DNA of 64,000 nt. Source: Stegostoma tigrinum. Lineage: Eukaryota. Position 1 is the first letter of the stretch; each line of letters opens with the position of its first letter. Positions 1 to 12,122 of the stretch are shown piece by piece. Where the stretch lies: NCBI RefSeq assembly GCF_030684315.1, contig NC_081359.1:42976470-43040469 (forward strand), read 5' to 3'. The notes under the pieces were generated by a model. That model saw only the letters and a list, made by a program, of their open reading frames with translations, had not been told where the DNA came from and made no database searches. The position numbers and the translations under genes are program-made.

Positions 1-590
1 ATTTTTCCAACAATCTCAGGATGACAGAGGAAGGGGGCATCATTATTGTGAACACATTCAAAGGGAGCATCTCATTAGACCAAAGGCACCACAGAGCCAC
101 TCCAAAACTGGCAGTCTGTAATCTTTAGCATGATCTGGAGCCCAGGTAGCTGGAATACTGTGAGAATCTGCATGTCCCAATGAGCATCAGTGTCTTCAGG
201 AGTACAGGCTGCTTGGCACTATGCTCGACTTGTCTGGATGGAAGTTCATGAATTCTGCCTGTGCTTCTGTCTCAGCACACATATGTCAGTTGGCCTATGG
301 TGTCAGTGTCAGCTGACCTGTTGTCCACCTCATTGCAAGCACTATTCTACATCACCGCTGGAATTCTCCATGCTCTTTATCAGTAATGCAAGTTTCTTCA
401 TGACAGGCTGCCATTATCCCAAGCATCCCCACATGTGTCTAGAACTCATCTATGGTCAGTGAGCTGGCATATGTGTAATCCATTCTCCTTGGCCTGTCTG
501 CCACCCACTTATATCCAGTGATCCTCAAGATTGCTCCTTGCATGGTATAAGCATTGCCAGTATCTGAAGTGGAGGCTGCAAATGCCAATC
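1..590 (-). mobile_element. Possible highly decayed Harbinger-type (Myb/SANT ORF C-terminal part) fragment
   Basis: The minus strand weakly resembles the downstream part of the fossil at 18780-19090. There is no intact ORF, and this is recognised by eye only. Confidence 0.25.
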
Positions 591-687
591 AAATGGTGGT
601 GCTCCTTCCTCAGATAATTACTGTTCTTCTTGCTTTTCAAAGGAAATGCGGCCTGTACACCAACTTATTCATTGCTGCTCTCTCCTA

Positions 688-1075
688 CGTTGTCTCTATT
701 CTTTTGAGAGTTATGGCAGTTGCTGGCAAAGCCAGAGTTTATTGCCAATCCCTAATTGCCCAGAGGTCAGTTAAGAGTCAATCACATTGGTTGGAGTTAC
801 ATGTGGACCAGACCAGGTATCGTCAGCAGATTTTCTCCTCTAAAGACGTTACTGAACCAGATAGGTTTTTACAACATTTGACAATAGTTACTCGGTCATC
901 ATTAAGCCAGCTTTTTTTTAACCACTTCATCAGAGCCCAAGGGGAACAAAATAATGAGGAATATATCCTTAATTGGTCCAGATATGTTGGGACATAGTTC
1001 TGGCATAAGTGGAACTCAAACCTAGGCCTTGTGACTTAGAAATTAACTATGTACAAATGGCGTGGTGAGATACTT
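688..1075 (-). mobile_element. tRNA-headed SINE family B, decayed copy
   Basis: Reverse complement of the 3250-3578 body (tttattgccaatccctaattgccc, agttaagagtcaatcacattg, gaccagaccagg, tgaaccagataggtttttacaac). Confidence 0.75.
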
Positions 1076-1104
1076 GCTAAGCAGTGGTAACTTGCTGAGG
1101 TAAA

Positions 1105-1845
1105 ATGGATTACCACAGTATAGCACAGATAAAGGCCCTTAGGCCCAATCCATACCAGTCAAAGGCACCACCTAACTATTCTGCATTTTCCAGTGCTTGG
1201 CTTACAGCCTCATTAATTTGGCATCTTAAGCATACATCTAATAATTTCTTAAATGTTATCAGAGTTTCTGCCTCTACCAAACTTTCAGGCAGAGAATTCC
1301 AGATTCCCACGACACTCTAGGTGAATAACTGTTTCCTCACATCTCCTCTAAACCTCCTGCCCCTTGCCTTCAGTCTATGAGCACCCTGCTAAGACGAAAA
1401 GTTAATTCACGTCTACCCTATCTCTGCCTCTCATAATTTTATATATCTCAATCATGTCCTCATCAATTTCCTCTGTTTCAAGGGCACATACCCAATCTGT
1501 CCAATCACTCTAGTAACTGAAAACCATCAGCCAAGCAACACCCTCATAAATCTCGTTTGCATCATCTCTGGTACTATCATACCCCACCTATCATCTCAAT
1601 TCAAGAACTGTACACAATACTCTAGTTGTGGCCAAATCAAAGTTTTACACAGTTCCACTAGAACCTCCCTGCTTTTAAAATCTATGTCATGGCTTATGAA
1701 TTTATGTGTTCCATATGTCTTCTTAACCACTTTATCTACCTGTCGTGATTCTGTAACAGACCTGTGTGTATGTACACCAAGTTCTCTGTGCTTCTTAATG
1801 CTATCATTCACCATCAGTTCCCTTGCTTTGTTTGTCCCTCCCATG
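1105..1845 (-). mobile_element. CR1/HER1-type LINE 3' fragment
   Basis: ORF 1596-1850 reads RELGVHTHRS..VDKVVKKTYG..KSREVLVELCKTLIWPQLEYCVQF, the CR1 ORF2 C-terminus. A 3' tail-like sequence lies near 1115. Confidence 0.85.
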
Positions 1846-1964
1846 TACAAGTACTATTTTAAACACCTTGCAATACCCCAACATACCTCATTAATATTCA
1901 GCTTCTCATCTTTCTATGCTCACCAAACAGACTAAACACTGGGAAAACTCGATATAGATACCAG

Positions 1965-2725
1965 AAGACCTGCCTTCATGAACCATTGCAGTCCAGATGC
2001 TGTATGTAGAACCACAATGCTGTTAACCCAGTGACAGTGAAGTTATGGCAATTGTCAGGATCGTGAGTGGCTTGGAGGGAACTTGCACGTGGTAGTGTTC
2101 CCATGTATCTGCTGCCCTTGTCATTTTAGATAGAAGAGGTCGTGGGTTTGGAAGGTGCTGTCTAAGCATCATAGAATCATGGAATCCCTACAGTGTGGAA
2201 ACAGGCCCTATTGCCCAACAAGTCCACACTGCCCTTCTAAAGTCCATCCCACCCAGATCCATTCCCCTCATTTCCCATGTATAACCCAACTAACCCAAAG
2301 ATCCCTGGGCACTATGGGCAATTTAGCATGACCAATCTACCTACCCTGCACATCTTTGGACTGTGGAAGGAAACTGGACCACCCAGAGGAAACCCACACA
2401 GACATGAGGAGAATGTACAAACACCACACAGTCACCCGAGAGTGGTATTGAACCCAGATCCCTGGGGCTGTGAGGCAGCAATGCTAACCACTGAGTCACG
2501 ATGCCACCTGAAAGTGCAGGATCTTTGATGAATTTCAGTGGTGCCTCTTGCAGAAAGTACACACCACTCCTGCTAAGCATCAGTGATGGAGGGAGTGGAC
2601 TTTTATGAACTGGGCAGCTTGGCTAGGGTTCAGGTTTGTTTCATTCTGCATCACAAGTGTCTGGTACTATTGCCAGAATGTTGTCAGGGCCCATAACCTT
2701 TGAAATATTCTTTGCCTTGTCTTGC
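1965..2725 (-). mobile_element. LINE family B (CR1/L2 group) 3' fragment, split by an HE1-type SINE
   Basis: Same sequence as 10140-10550 and 58500-58810 (ccagtgaca..gaag..gtcaggat..ggaacttgca.gtggtagtgttcccatgtatctgctgcccttgtc). Confidence 0.75.
2169..2508 (-). mobile_element. HE1-type V-SINE
   Basis: Reverse complement of the tRNA-like head, V-domain (tccacagtccaaagatgtgcag) and LINE-derived tail (cctgtttccacactgtaggga). Confidence 0.9.
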
Positions 2726-3249
2726 CTTTTTGTACTTTTACCTCCTCAGACAGACCTAACAGACTCATATTACTGCTGTATTGCCTTGCCATTTAGCACA
2801 TGTAAAAAGGAAGTAAATTTGAAATGGTATTCAGCAAGACTCATTCAAGTAAAGGTTGAACCTTCTTTGAGTGGGTCTTTTCACAGCAAAGTTAAGAACA
2901 GCCTCTAAAACAAGTCCAAGAAGTTAGGCATTGTCAGTCAACTACACAAGATGGTCACAATGAGACTTTCATCCACATGGGCTGAGGATTCAAATAGCAG
3001 GCAGACGTTAAGATGGTATTTTTTGTCCAGGTTGGAGATTCCCAAGTGAGTGTATAGGCAGCACAGAAGGCGTGCAGGGTTAATGGTGTTAGGGGTTGGG
3101 TTGTGTGAGAGTGTGAGGAAAGATGTTACAGGCCATAGTGATAGTGATAGCACATGAACCTTGGTGGGAGGTATGTGCAGTAGCAGAGAGAGAGTAAGAG
3201 TGAGGTATTGGAGAGAAGGTGTTGACACTTAGAAGAAGTGATGCCTTTG

Positions 3250-3578
3250 GGGAGATAGTAGTCTAATGGTGTTATTGTTGGGCTCTTAATCTGTTTTGGG
3301 ACCTGGTTTTGAGTCCTGCAATGGCAGATGGTGGAATTTGAATTCAATAAAAATCTAGAATTAAGAGTCTAATGATGACCATGAACTTATTGTCGATTGT
3401 CAGCTAAAGTACACCTGGTCCACTCACATACTTTAGGGAAGAAAACTGTCTTCCTCACCTTGTCTGGACTCCATGTGAGTTCAGACCCATAGAAATGTGT
3501 TAATCCTTACTTGCCCTTTGAGATGGGCAATACATGCTGGCCTACACAGCAACACCCTCAGCATGTGAATGAATAAAA
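3250..3578 (+). mobile_element. tRNA-headed SINE family B
   Basis: Decayed A/B boxes, body ggcagatggtggaatttgaattcaataaaaatct..tttagggaag.., tail gatgggcaatacatgctggcc..gaatgaataaaa. Multiple copies in the window. Confidence 0.85.
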
Positions 3579-3594
3579 CCAAAAATTACACCAG

Positions 3595-3835
3595 CAGGGT
3601 TGAGAGGATCATTGACAAGATCTACAAACTGCATCCACATACAGTGGCAGGCATTCCCATGGATGAATGAGACTGCTCTAGCTCAGTTGGCAACCTCAGA
3701 CCAGGCTGACTTGGTTTGGTGTTGTGGCCTCCTCTGCTGTTCTTGGGGAGAAAGATGTCATGTGTCAGTGCCATTGCATCTACCAAGACCCTGCCTGTAA
3801 ATTAGGTAATGATTTTCCCCTATCTACCAAGTCCA
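3595..3835 (-). mobile_element. Harbinger-type Myb/SANT-like ORF fossil
   Basis: Minus strand reads ..PQEQQRRPQHQTKSAWSEVAN..VNDPL and is alignable to 6650-6860 (ctggt.ctga.gtt.cca.c..gcagtctc). Confidence 0.5.
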
Positions 3836-4807
3836 GGGGAAATGATAGGAACTATGCAGGGCAGCTCTGGAATGACAGAGCTTCTCTGAGGGTGGTACAG
3901 TGGCTCTGTGGCACTACCTACTAAATTGTTAGCACAGTTTTTTGCTTAAATTTCTGGAGTTGCAAATTCGATTTTTTTTAAATTTCCAAGGATACTTAGG
4001 AGGACATGCTTGAAAACCACAATTCTGTATTGCACAAGGCCTTTCTCTGCTTGTCCACTGACCGTAATGACAGGTTCTGCATAGATTTAGAGATGTAGAC
4101 ACAGTGCTTGCCCTGTGTACAAATTGAACTCATGCCAGGAGTTCATATCTTAGTAAGCTATTAGCCACATTGGTATAGCAGTTCAACTTGCTTTGTTGAG
4201 ATATTATGAAGGATGAGATGAACTTGATGACTTGAGACATCACAGAATTGAGAACCCAACGTAGTTGCAGTGCATTATCATTTTTAATGCGTGTTTGAGG
4301 GAAGCTGCCTTAATTTTGAGGGCAGTTATTTCACACAGTTGGAAATCATATGGGTGTCCTGTCACAGAAGAGCTGAATTAATTTTTGGGCATGAAAGGTC
4401 TTTAACTTATCCCTCTGTCACCCCTGACAAATTTCTCTGAATACCTTTTAAGTTCTTATAACCATGAAAAAAGCAGCCAAAAGCCTTCAGATGTGTTTGG
4501 TATTTCAATTATACACGACTCACAGATTAAATCCCCAGAAAGTTTTCCTTTGATGTCTTTTCATTTTCAATTACAATGGAATTTTAAAAACTATTAATAG
4601 TTTATATCATAGCTCCTTCATTTTTCCAAATTTGGAATTTTCTATTATTTCTAAATGTGCAGGACTAATGAGAAATTCTTACTGTATGCAGCAATCAGAG
4701 TGTTAAGGACGGTGAACACCGACACTTTTGCCTTCTCCTTTCTTGCGGTAAAACATTGTTTGGTTAGTTTCTTTTTAAAAGATGTAGTTGTAGATGTGAA
4801 CTACTGG

Positions 4808-5075
4808 TAAACAATAACTTGCATTTTTAGAACATCTTTTTTCATGGAAAAGTGATTCAAATCAATTGATTATCAAACCAAATTTGAGAATATCTGCAGA
4901 CAGAGATATTACAGAAGCTTGGTCACAGCAGTAGGTTTTAGGGACTGACTAAAAATGATCATAATGTAGTGAAGCAGAGAGCTTTGAAGAGGAATTCCAA
5001 GAGTTCCAGAGTGAGGACAGCTGATGGTGTGACTGCAGTAGTGGGTGAAGAAGTTTGAGATATGCAGAGTTCTTG
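4808..5075 (-). mobile_element. L2-type LINE 3' end, decayed
   Basis: aacttgcatttttag..ttatcaaaccaaatttga..agcttggtca..gtaggttttag..ggaattcca is the reverse of a typical L2 3' end, recalled by eye. Confidence 0.55.
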
Positions 5076-5094
5076 GAAGGTTAAATTAAGGCAA

Positions 5095-5947
5095 AGTACT
5101 CCTCTACATCGATGAGACCAAATGCAGACTGCATGACCAGTTTACAGAATACCTCCATGTTATCCAGAAGAATGTCTCAACATTCCAGTCACTTGCCATT
5201 TAATGAACCATCTGGCTCCCATTCAAGCTTCTCTGTCCTGGGCATGCTATTGTGTTCAAGTGAAGCCCAACACACTTGGATACTTCACAACCTTCAGAAC
5301 CAACATGGAGTTCAATAGCTTCAAGCCATGAACTCTGTCCTTCATTTTGATGAAAACTCCTTCTTCCATTCCTTGTTTGTATGTGTTTGCTATAAGCAGA
5401 GTTGATCCCTTATTTTCTACTATTCACCCCACTCTCGAATGACTGTCTGTGTGGAGCTTGGCCATTGTCCCTTTGTCTGCATGGGTTTCCTCCAGGTATT
5501 CTGACTTCATCCCACATGCCAAAGATGTGCAGATTCATTCAATTCACCATGGTAAATTGCCCATACTGTCTAGGGATGTGCAGGCTCTGTGCAATAGCCT
5601 TGGCAATAGGGTAGGGGAGTTGGTCTAGGTGAGATTCTCTTCAGAGGGTCAGTGTGTACTCGATGGGCTGAATCGCTGCTCCCACAGAGTAATGATTTTA
5701 TCATTCTATAATTCTATCATTAACATCCTATTACCATTGGTAATCACTTTGTGTTTTACTCTGGACAATCTTGCCAGCTGTTCCATTTGCTATTTCTTCT
5801 TTGTCAACATCATAAAAGCCGTCATTTTCTAGCCCCTTGTGATTCTAAGGAGTCATATCACACTCAATGCGTTTCTTCTGTTCCTCTCTCCATAGATGTT
5901 GCCTGACCTGCTGAGTTTCTCCAGAATTCTCTGTGTTTATTTCAGAT
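5095..5947 (+). mobile_element. Old Penelope-like element 3' part (GIY-YIG remnant plus terminal repeat), interrupted by a SINE
   Basis: 5098 reads LLYIDETKCRLHDQFTEYL, compare FLYIGETKRRLGDCFAEHL in the young copy. Ends in gatgttgcctgacctgctgagtttctccag..tttatttcagat. Confidence 0.7.
5433..5716 (+). mobile_element. HE1-type V-SINE, 5'-truncated
   Basis: V-domain gactgtctgtgtggagcttg..tctgcatgggtttcctccagg..ccaaagatgtgcag with an attctat-repeat tail. Confidence 0.8.
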
Positions 5948-6264
5948 AATTTTGGACACGAGTAGATTTCACAAACCACAAGGGTTGTTCAATTGTCAGC
6001 TTGTTTCCTCCTCCAATGAGAAAGACAGGTATAAGGGAGAAGAAAGTGAGTGGCATAGGTGATACTGATGGTGCCAAATGAGGTGTCCTGATCGAGTGAG
6101 CATGCAGCGCAAAAGGCATGCAGGATTAGAGGTGAGGGAACTAGTGTGGGTGAGGGTAAGTGGGGAAGACGTTGTAGGCGGCAGTGAGAGTGGTAAAGGA
6201 TGAGCCTGGGTGGGTACAGTAGCAGAGTTTGAATAAGTGTAAGGTATCAGAGAAAAAAAAGCCC

Positions 6265-6860
6265 CACTTAATCTGGGTTGAAGAACATATTGAACTTCTT
6301 CTCCTGCATTGCTGATCATTCCTCCAGATATTTTGGGGGTGGCATGGTGGCTCAGTGGTTAGCACTGCAGCCTCACAGCACCAGGGACCCAGGTTTAATT
6401 CCAGCCTTGGGCGACTGTCTGTGTGGAGTTTGCACATTCTCCCCGTGTCTGCGTGGGTTTCCTCTGGGTGCTCCGGTTTCCTCCTACAGTCCAAAGATGT
6501 GCAGGTATATTGGATTGGCCATGCTAAATTGCCCGTAGTGTTCAGGGGTGTGTGGGTTATAGGAGTTTGAGTCTGGGTGGGATGTTTCAAGGGGCGGTGT
6601 GGACTTGTTGGGCCAAAGGGCCTGTTTCCACACTGCAGGGAATCTAATCTAATAGCAGAGACTGCAATGACCAGGTGGTAACTTCAGAACCAGTCTGGCA
6701 TAGTCTAGTGTCAGGGTGCCAACTGATGGCCCTGGGGGAAGAGGTTGTCTTAATAGTGCACCATGCCATGCCTGGAGATCTCCGGAATGTTGCCCACAGA
6801 ACAGGGCATCAAATTTCACTTCTGTCATGTTCACAGCAAATAGCATGAACTCTGTAAAAC
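6265..6860 (-). mobile_element. Harbinger-type Myb/SANT-like ORF fossil split by a SINE
   Basis: With the 6335-6651 SINE removed, the minus strand gives a frameshifted W.EV..V.AVS..WRNDQQCRR.KFN pattern, resembling the SANT/MADF W..VA..V..R..QC.KK.NDL motif. Confidence 0.5.
6335..6651 (+). mobile_element. HE1-type V-SINE, full length
   Basis: A box tggctcagtgg, B box ggtttaattcc, V-domain ctgtgtggagtttgcacattctccccgtgtctgcgtgggtttcc, tail gggcctgtttccacactg..aatctaatct. Confidence 0.95.
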
Positions 6861-8044
6861 TCCATACTGATAATTATTGTCTAGGATTATAACTGTGCTT
6901 TAAATATGGTACTGGAGCCAATAATGCTAGTCACCTCTGAGATATCCCAGCAGTGGCAAGGTATTCTGGCAATGGCACGTGATAAGATTATGCTAGAATT
7001 TAGGGTGAGGCATATCATCAGGACAGGGTGGGTGACTGAAGTGAGACTGGGAAGATGGGTTGGAAATGCATTTGGCCTCAAAGAGAAAAATCTTTAAAAA
7101 AAACTCAATGCAACTGTCACTTAATCAAAATAGAAAGATTCAGCCCACATGTTGTCAGTTCATACTTAATCTGCATAAAAGTTGACCGTGATATACTCAG
7201 ATATTTATGACCATGATGGCTATTGAGGTACTACAAAGAAGAGAATGTTTGTACAGAAGTATATTTATCATGTGTAAACAAATTGTTAACGTTTCTAAAA
7301 GCAGTACAAACTTGCCTACTGTAAACATTTTGCACTCTTTGGTAATGTGGGTTTACATTCAGTGCAGGTACAAAATCTCACTGAGTTGTAAAATGCTGTT
7401 ATCAAAACTAAAGGATGGTACAAATAAATAGATAAGAGGAAGTGAAGTGCCATTTGCTGGAACCCAAAAAATGATGAAAGGTTAAGTCAGTCAACTGGGA
7501 AAAGTGCTTCAGCAAGATTGAATTGTGGTTCTGACATTATTGTGATTGATTGGTTAGCTTTGTTGTGGCTTAACTATCGATCTGTTGTTCAAAAATAAGG
7601 ATCATGAATATTAGAAGTGTTCAAACACCACCTCCCTTTCATTTACTAACCAGCCCTGTATGGAATTGAGTGATCCAGGCTCATCAACCAGCCAAGGGTG
7701 TGGAAAGGACAGTGTGGTAAGCCACAGTTTTTTCAGCGTAACAGCCAGCATTCTGGTTCCTAGTCCCTGTGTAGTAATTTCAGATAAAGAATGATTGGAC
7801 AATCTTTATTGCTGCTTATATAGGTAGCCAAAAATTAGGGAGGTGGAGGGGCATTGATAAACCAAAATCTAGCATGATGCTATCAAAGAGAACACCAAAT
7901 AAGAGATTTTTCTTCTATAAAACTATTCGAAGGAGAGAAACCTATAGCATACTTAATTGCTAAATATAAAGAATGAAAATATTCTGAATTGCTACTGATT
8001 GTGAGTTGATCAATACTTTAATCATATTCGTGTCTCCCACATTA

Positions 8045-8160
8045 AAATGTGCTTGTGATGCCGTGGTAGTATCCCTGCCCAGGACCAAGAGCATCACACT
8101 CAGGTCTTACTTGCTCCAAAGTGTGTAATAATATCTCTGAAAAGGTTGATTAGAAAAATA
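8045..8160 (+). mobile_element. Short tRNA-derived SINE-like element (about 115 bp)
   Basis: Decayed A/B boxes (gccgtggtagtatccct..ctcaggtc) followed by gctcca.agtgtgtaataatatctctgaa.aggttgattagaaaa. Confidence 0.45.
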
Positions 8161-9169
8161 GATATAGCTCTAATAGATATAGCAAAAAGAGTTTTGTGAA
8201 TGATCCTGAGGACAGTAGCTGCAGTTGGGCTTTTGTTTGGCTTGACAGCTTGTCCTTCAAGATTCAGTTACATGTTCATGGCTGTGTAAATTATCAGTAA
8301 TCCTGCATTGTTTATTGTTTTTAAATTAATCTTTTTGACCAAATGTTGTTTCTGAATTAAAATAAAACAAAATTTAGTTCAAGAAAGCTATCTCCAAAAA
8401 CACTTGCTTCTGTTCCCTACGGGGAGTTTATAGCATTTATCCAATCTTGAATTTATCATAGATTTTCATTTGGTTCTTCAGACAATTCTGTGGTAGGCTG
8501 TTAGTGTACAATCCAAACCAGAATTCAATGGATTTGGATGTATAGGCATTAATTGATTCTATTAGAAAGAAGGATGCGCATTAAATCACACCTTTCACAA
8601 CAACCTAAAGGCCCAAAGTATTGTCACTAATGTATGAGATACACAGCCCTTCATGCACAGCGAACATCACCACACAGCATCTCTACATAACAGATCCATG
8701 TTCACTCATAATATGTTCCCCAACTCAGTGATATTATTATCCTTTCAGACTGAAACATAGCACATTGGCTATCTAATGAGCTATGCAGCCATAATGCCCT
8801 CAATACCAATTTAAGTCCTTATATTCAATTAGTCTGGAAAAAAACATCCTAAAGTAACAGAGCATATTGAAACAAAGGATACCAATTTGAAGAGGGAATC
8901 TTTCGGCATACAGAAATAAGAATAGAACATTCAGCCCATCTACCTATTAAAATGCTGGACATAGGACAAGATATCACAGAGGACAGAGTGTTGGATAGAC
9001 TAATGACTAAAGATTGGCCCAACCTTGTGTTTTCTCACTGGCTCAGCTTTGTGCTAGCTTTTGGTAGAGACTAAATTGTTTTTGATTCTGTCAGTGCAAT
9101 AATCTTGGGATCCTCTTCCAGGAGTCAAAGTAGATATCAAAGCTCTAAAATGAATAGAGTGTCCTTTGC

Positions 9170-9850
9170 CCCGGAGGAGGGTGATGGCAAGCATCAGGCA
9201 TCCTACCTATATGACAAGCACAGGTCAGTTATGACTCCTAACAATGGTGTGAACATTTGGCATGCCGGCTTGGGTGAGCATGCAATATTTGCCATTTTGT
9301 CCTGCCATATAATCTTCAAAAGCTCTCGAAGGCATGTCGAAGTGCAAGTGTTTAAGATTCTTTGCATGACACTAGTACACAGCTCAAGTCTCGTGAGTGA
9401 GGAGTAGAGTGGGCAGGACTTTTGCTCTACAGACTTCCAGTTTGATAAGGGGACTGACTCCTCTTTATTTCCAGACTGATATTTGAACTTTGCTCAAGGT
9501 TTCTCTTGGCAATTCATGCATGTGCCTTCTGGAGCAGCTGATACATTACTTCAGTTCTCCTTACCCTGATCTAAGATGGAAGTTGTTGCATGCATTAGCA
9601 AACAAGTCCTTGCTACATTGAATATTCAGCTTTGAACCATCAGCTAGTGTGTAATCATCAGCAAACAACAAAGTGCATTCTTGGAGCCTTCAGTACCTGC
9701 CTGGAATTCTCCCAGATTGAACTGCTTACTGTGAATCCAATATCTGGCTTGAGGTTGGAATCATCATCTGGGAAGCCTTCGGAGAGCACTACAGAGTAAA
9801 ACACCCTGAAGAGGGTTAGTACTAACATGTAAGCCTATTAATGACTGGGA
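9170..9850 (-). mobile_element. RTE-clade LINE RT fragment (pseudogene)
   Basis: Minus strand: LLFADDYTLADGSKLNIQCSKDLFANACNNFHL (about 9680-9580) and ET*AVY*CHAKNLKHLH..CLRELLKIIWQDK, both characteristic of RTE RT and its C-terminus. Confidence 0.8.
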
Positions 9851-10139
9851 ACAGATTAGAAAGTCAAATCATCCAAAGTGCACACAAGCTTGTTATCACG
9901 GAACTGTTTAATGAACCGCTGTGATAAATTATTCAGGGATGCTGGATTTTTTCATTACCCTCAAAGGCCCTCACAGTGACTATGTCAAAGGTACAGATTC
10001 CTAGTCACATAACACAACTAGGAAGGAAAGTACTGGTACTTTTGTGCAGTTTGTTCACTTGCACTTCCCTGATCCAACTCTTCCTGAGTGGAATTGTATT
10101 TTGCAGCTTTCAAATTATCTCACATAGTAAAATTAGAAT

Positions 10140-10550
10140 TTCTTTTCTTCACTCATGGGATCCAGGTGTCATTGGCAGAGCCAGCCTGTCCCTATTTGCT
10201 CTTGAGAAGGTGGTGATGAGCTGTCTTCTTGAACTTTTGCAGTCCATATGCTGTAGGTAGAACCACAATGTCATAAGAGAGGGAATTACAGGATTTTGAT
10301 CCAGTGACAATGAGGGAATGGTGATATATTTCCAAGTCAGGATGGTGAGAGGCTATAGGGGGACTTGCAGGTCGTGGTGTTCATATGTATCTGCTGCCCC
10401 ATCTTTCTAGATGGTAGTGGCCATTGGTATGGAAGGTGCAGTCTAAGGAGCCTTGGTAAGTTACTAAAGAGCATTTTGTAGATTTTGTATGCTGCCATTA
10501 CTGAGCATCGCTGGTGAAGAGAGTGTATATCAAATATTCTATTGATGACC
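10140..10550 (-). mobile_element. LINE family B 3' end
   Basis: ORF 10337-10585 (SVMAAYKIYKMLFSNLPRLLRLHLPYQWPLPSR) is a LINE ORF2 C-terminus. Its tail matches the SINE family B tail. Confidence 0.8.
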
Positions 10551-11498
10551 AATATATATTTTCCGTGAACATGGGAAAAGATCACTCAGATGGTGCAAAT
10601 TGTTGTGTTACTCAGGTCTTCATTCAGGTTCTGCATAGCACAGTTTGATAATGGTAAACTAGTGTTGCATATATTAGTTAGTAGTTCTTGGTTTCAGATT
10701 AGAAAATGCTTGAAATAGAGACTATTTTGATTCTAAATATGTAGAGATCATTTCAGAACTGAAGCACGTTGAATACTGAACTTTGAATTGTGTCTTTGTC
10801 ACAAATAGTGGATGCAAAATAGATCCGTTTGGTTAAAATAGCCTACGAGGAGGTTATGACTGTCAAAACTCTGTCTGATATGAATAGTCACATTACATAT
10901 AACTGATGGGTTGTCTACAGACTATTGAATTGTCTCTTTACATTCAATACTTGTAACAAAAAGGTGATATGTATGGCATCAGGAGACATTGACAAATCTG
11001 TACAGTCTTACAAGAACAGCTAATTTGACAAATTGAAAGGCAGAGAATAGCATCCACTCTGTGCCACAGAGAGGTGAGAAACATAGCTATCTGAGGGCCC
11101 TGGTACAGGCAGCTACTGATCTCATTGCTGAGGTGCGCTAAGTAGGATGACAATTACTTTTCCATTTGAAGGGAAATTGAAAGACAAATTCATTCAGGCC
11201 ACTCAGGGAAAAACAGCATTTTTTAAGACAAGAAGTCAGAGTGAATAGTCCACCCTCACTAAGCTGTGGATGTCAGATGATGGCATGATCAGGAAGACAG
11301 TAGCGGGAAATAATGAAAGAAACTATCTGAAAGCAATCACAAAGTCAATGTTCAGTTAAGTGGATCTGCTGATTGGTTCCTGATATCTTTCCTCTGGTGA
11401 TGAGTAAATACACAAGCTTAAGAAGAAACTGCTGTCTTTAAGAGATGCACAGTGTTATGTCTCATAGTCAAGAAGTCAGTACACATCAATCAAAAAAT

Positions 11499-11826
11499 GG
11501 GGCGACACGGTGGCTCAGTGGTTAGCACTGCAGCCTCACAGCACCAGGGACCCGGGATCGATTCCAACCTCGGGCAACTCTCTGTGTGGAGTTTGCACGT
11601 TCTCCCCATGTCTGCATGGGTTTCCTCTGGGTGCTCCGGTTTCCACCCACAGTCCAAAGATGTGCAGGCTTGGTGGATCGGCCATGCTAAATTGCCCATA
11701 GTGTTCAGGGTGTGTGGGTTATAGGGTTATAGGGGGCTGGGTCTGGGTGGGATGCTTTTAGGGGCAGTGTGGACTTGTCGGACCAAAGGGCCTGTTTCCA
11801 CACTGTAGGGAATCTAATCTAATCTA
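11499..11826 (+). mobile_element. HE1-type V-SINE, full length
   Basis: A box tggctcagtgg, B box ggatcgattcc, V-domain, (aatct)x3 tail. Closely similar to 6335-6651. Confidence 0.95.
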
Positions 11827-12031
11827 ATACATGCTTATAAAATTATCAATGTGTCAAGTGACCTAAGGCTGCAAAGATTACATACTCTGTGTTATCACAG
11901 GGGGTCACTTGATGCACAACACCCTGCTGTCAGAATGCTGCTCTTCTCAACCTATCATCTTAATGTTAGCCCACTGATATAATGGTGGACTGCAGTGCTT
12001 ACAAATTACAGCTGGTTGTAATAAATGTCTG

Positions 12032-12122
12032 AGATAACGAAGTGTAGAGCTGGATGAACACAGCAGGCCAAGCGGCATCTTAGGAGCAGAAAAGCTGACG
12101 TTTCGGGCCTAGACCTTTCATC
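12032..12122 (-). mobile_element. PLE terminal-repeat stub carrying a hammerhead core
   Basis: Same sequence as the end of the 33716 element. Flanked by atgtctg at 12025-12031 and 12123-12129 (TSD). Confidence 0.85.

Noticed and set aside
554-997. 147-aa ORF
   Set aside because: Mostly antisense read-through of a SINE family B copy, with no protein motif.
6335-6410. tRNA gene (also 11499, 19096)
   Set aside because: The A/B boxes run straight into the V-domain and LINE tail, so these are SINE heads, not tRNAs.
6141-6590. Recurring ORFs such as MVAQWLALQPHS.. and DCGRKPEHPEETHAD.. as a gene family
   Set aside because: They are translations of HE1-type SINE copies on either strand.
9105-9407. 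100-aa + strand ORF as a host exon
   Set aside because: It lies antisense to an RTE LINE remnant.
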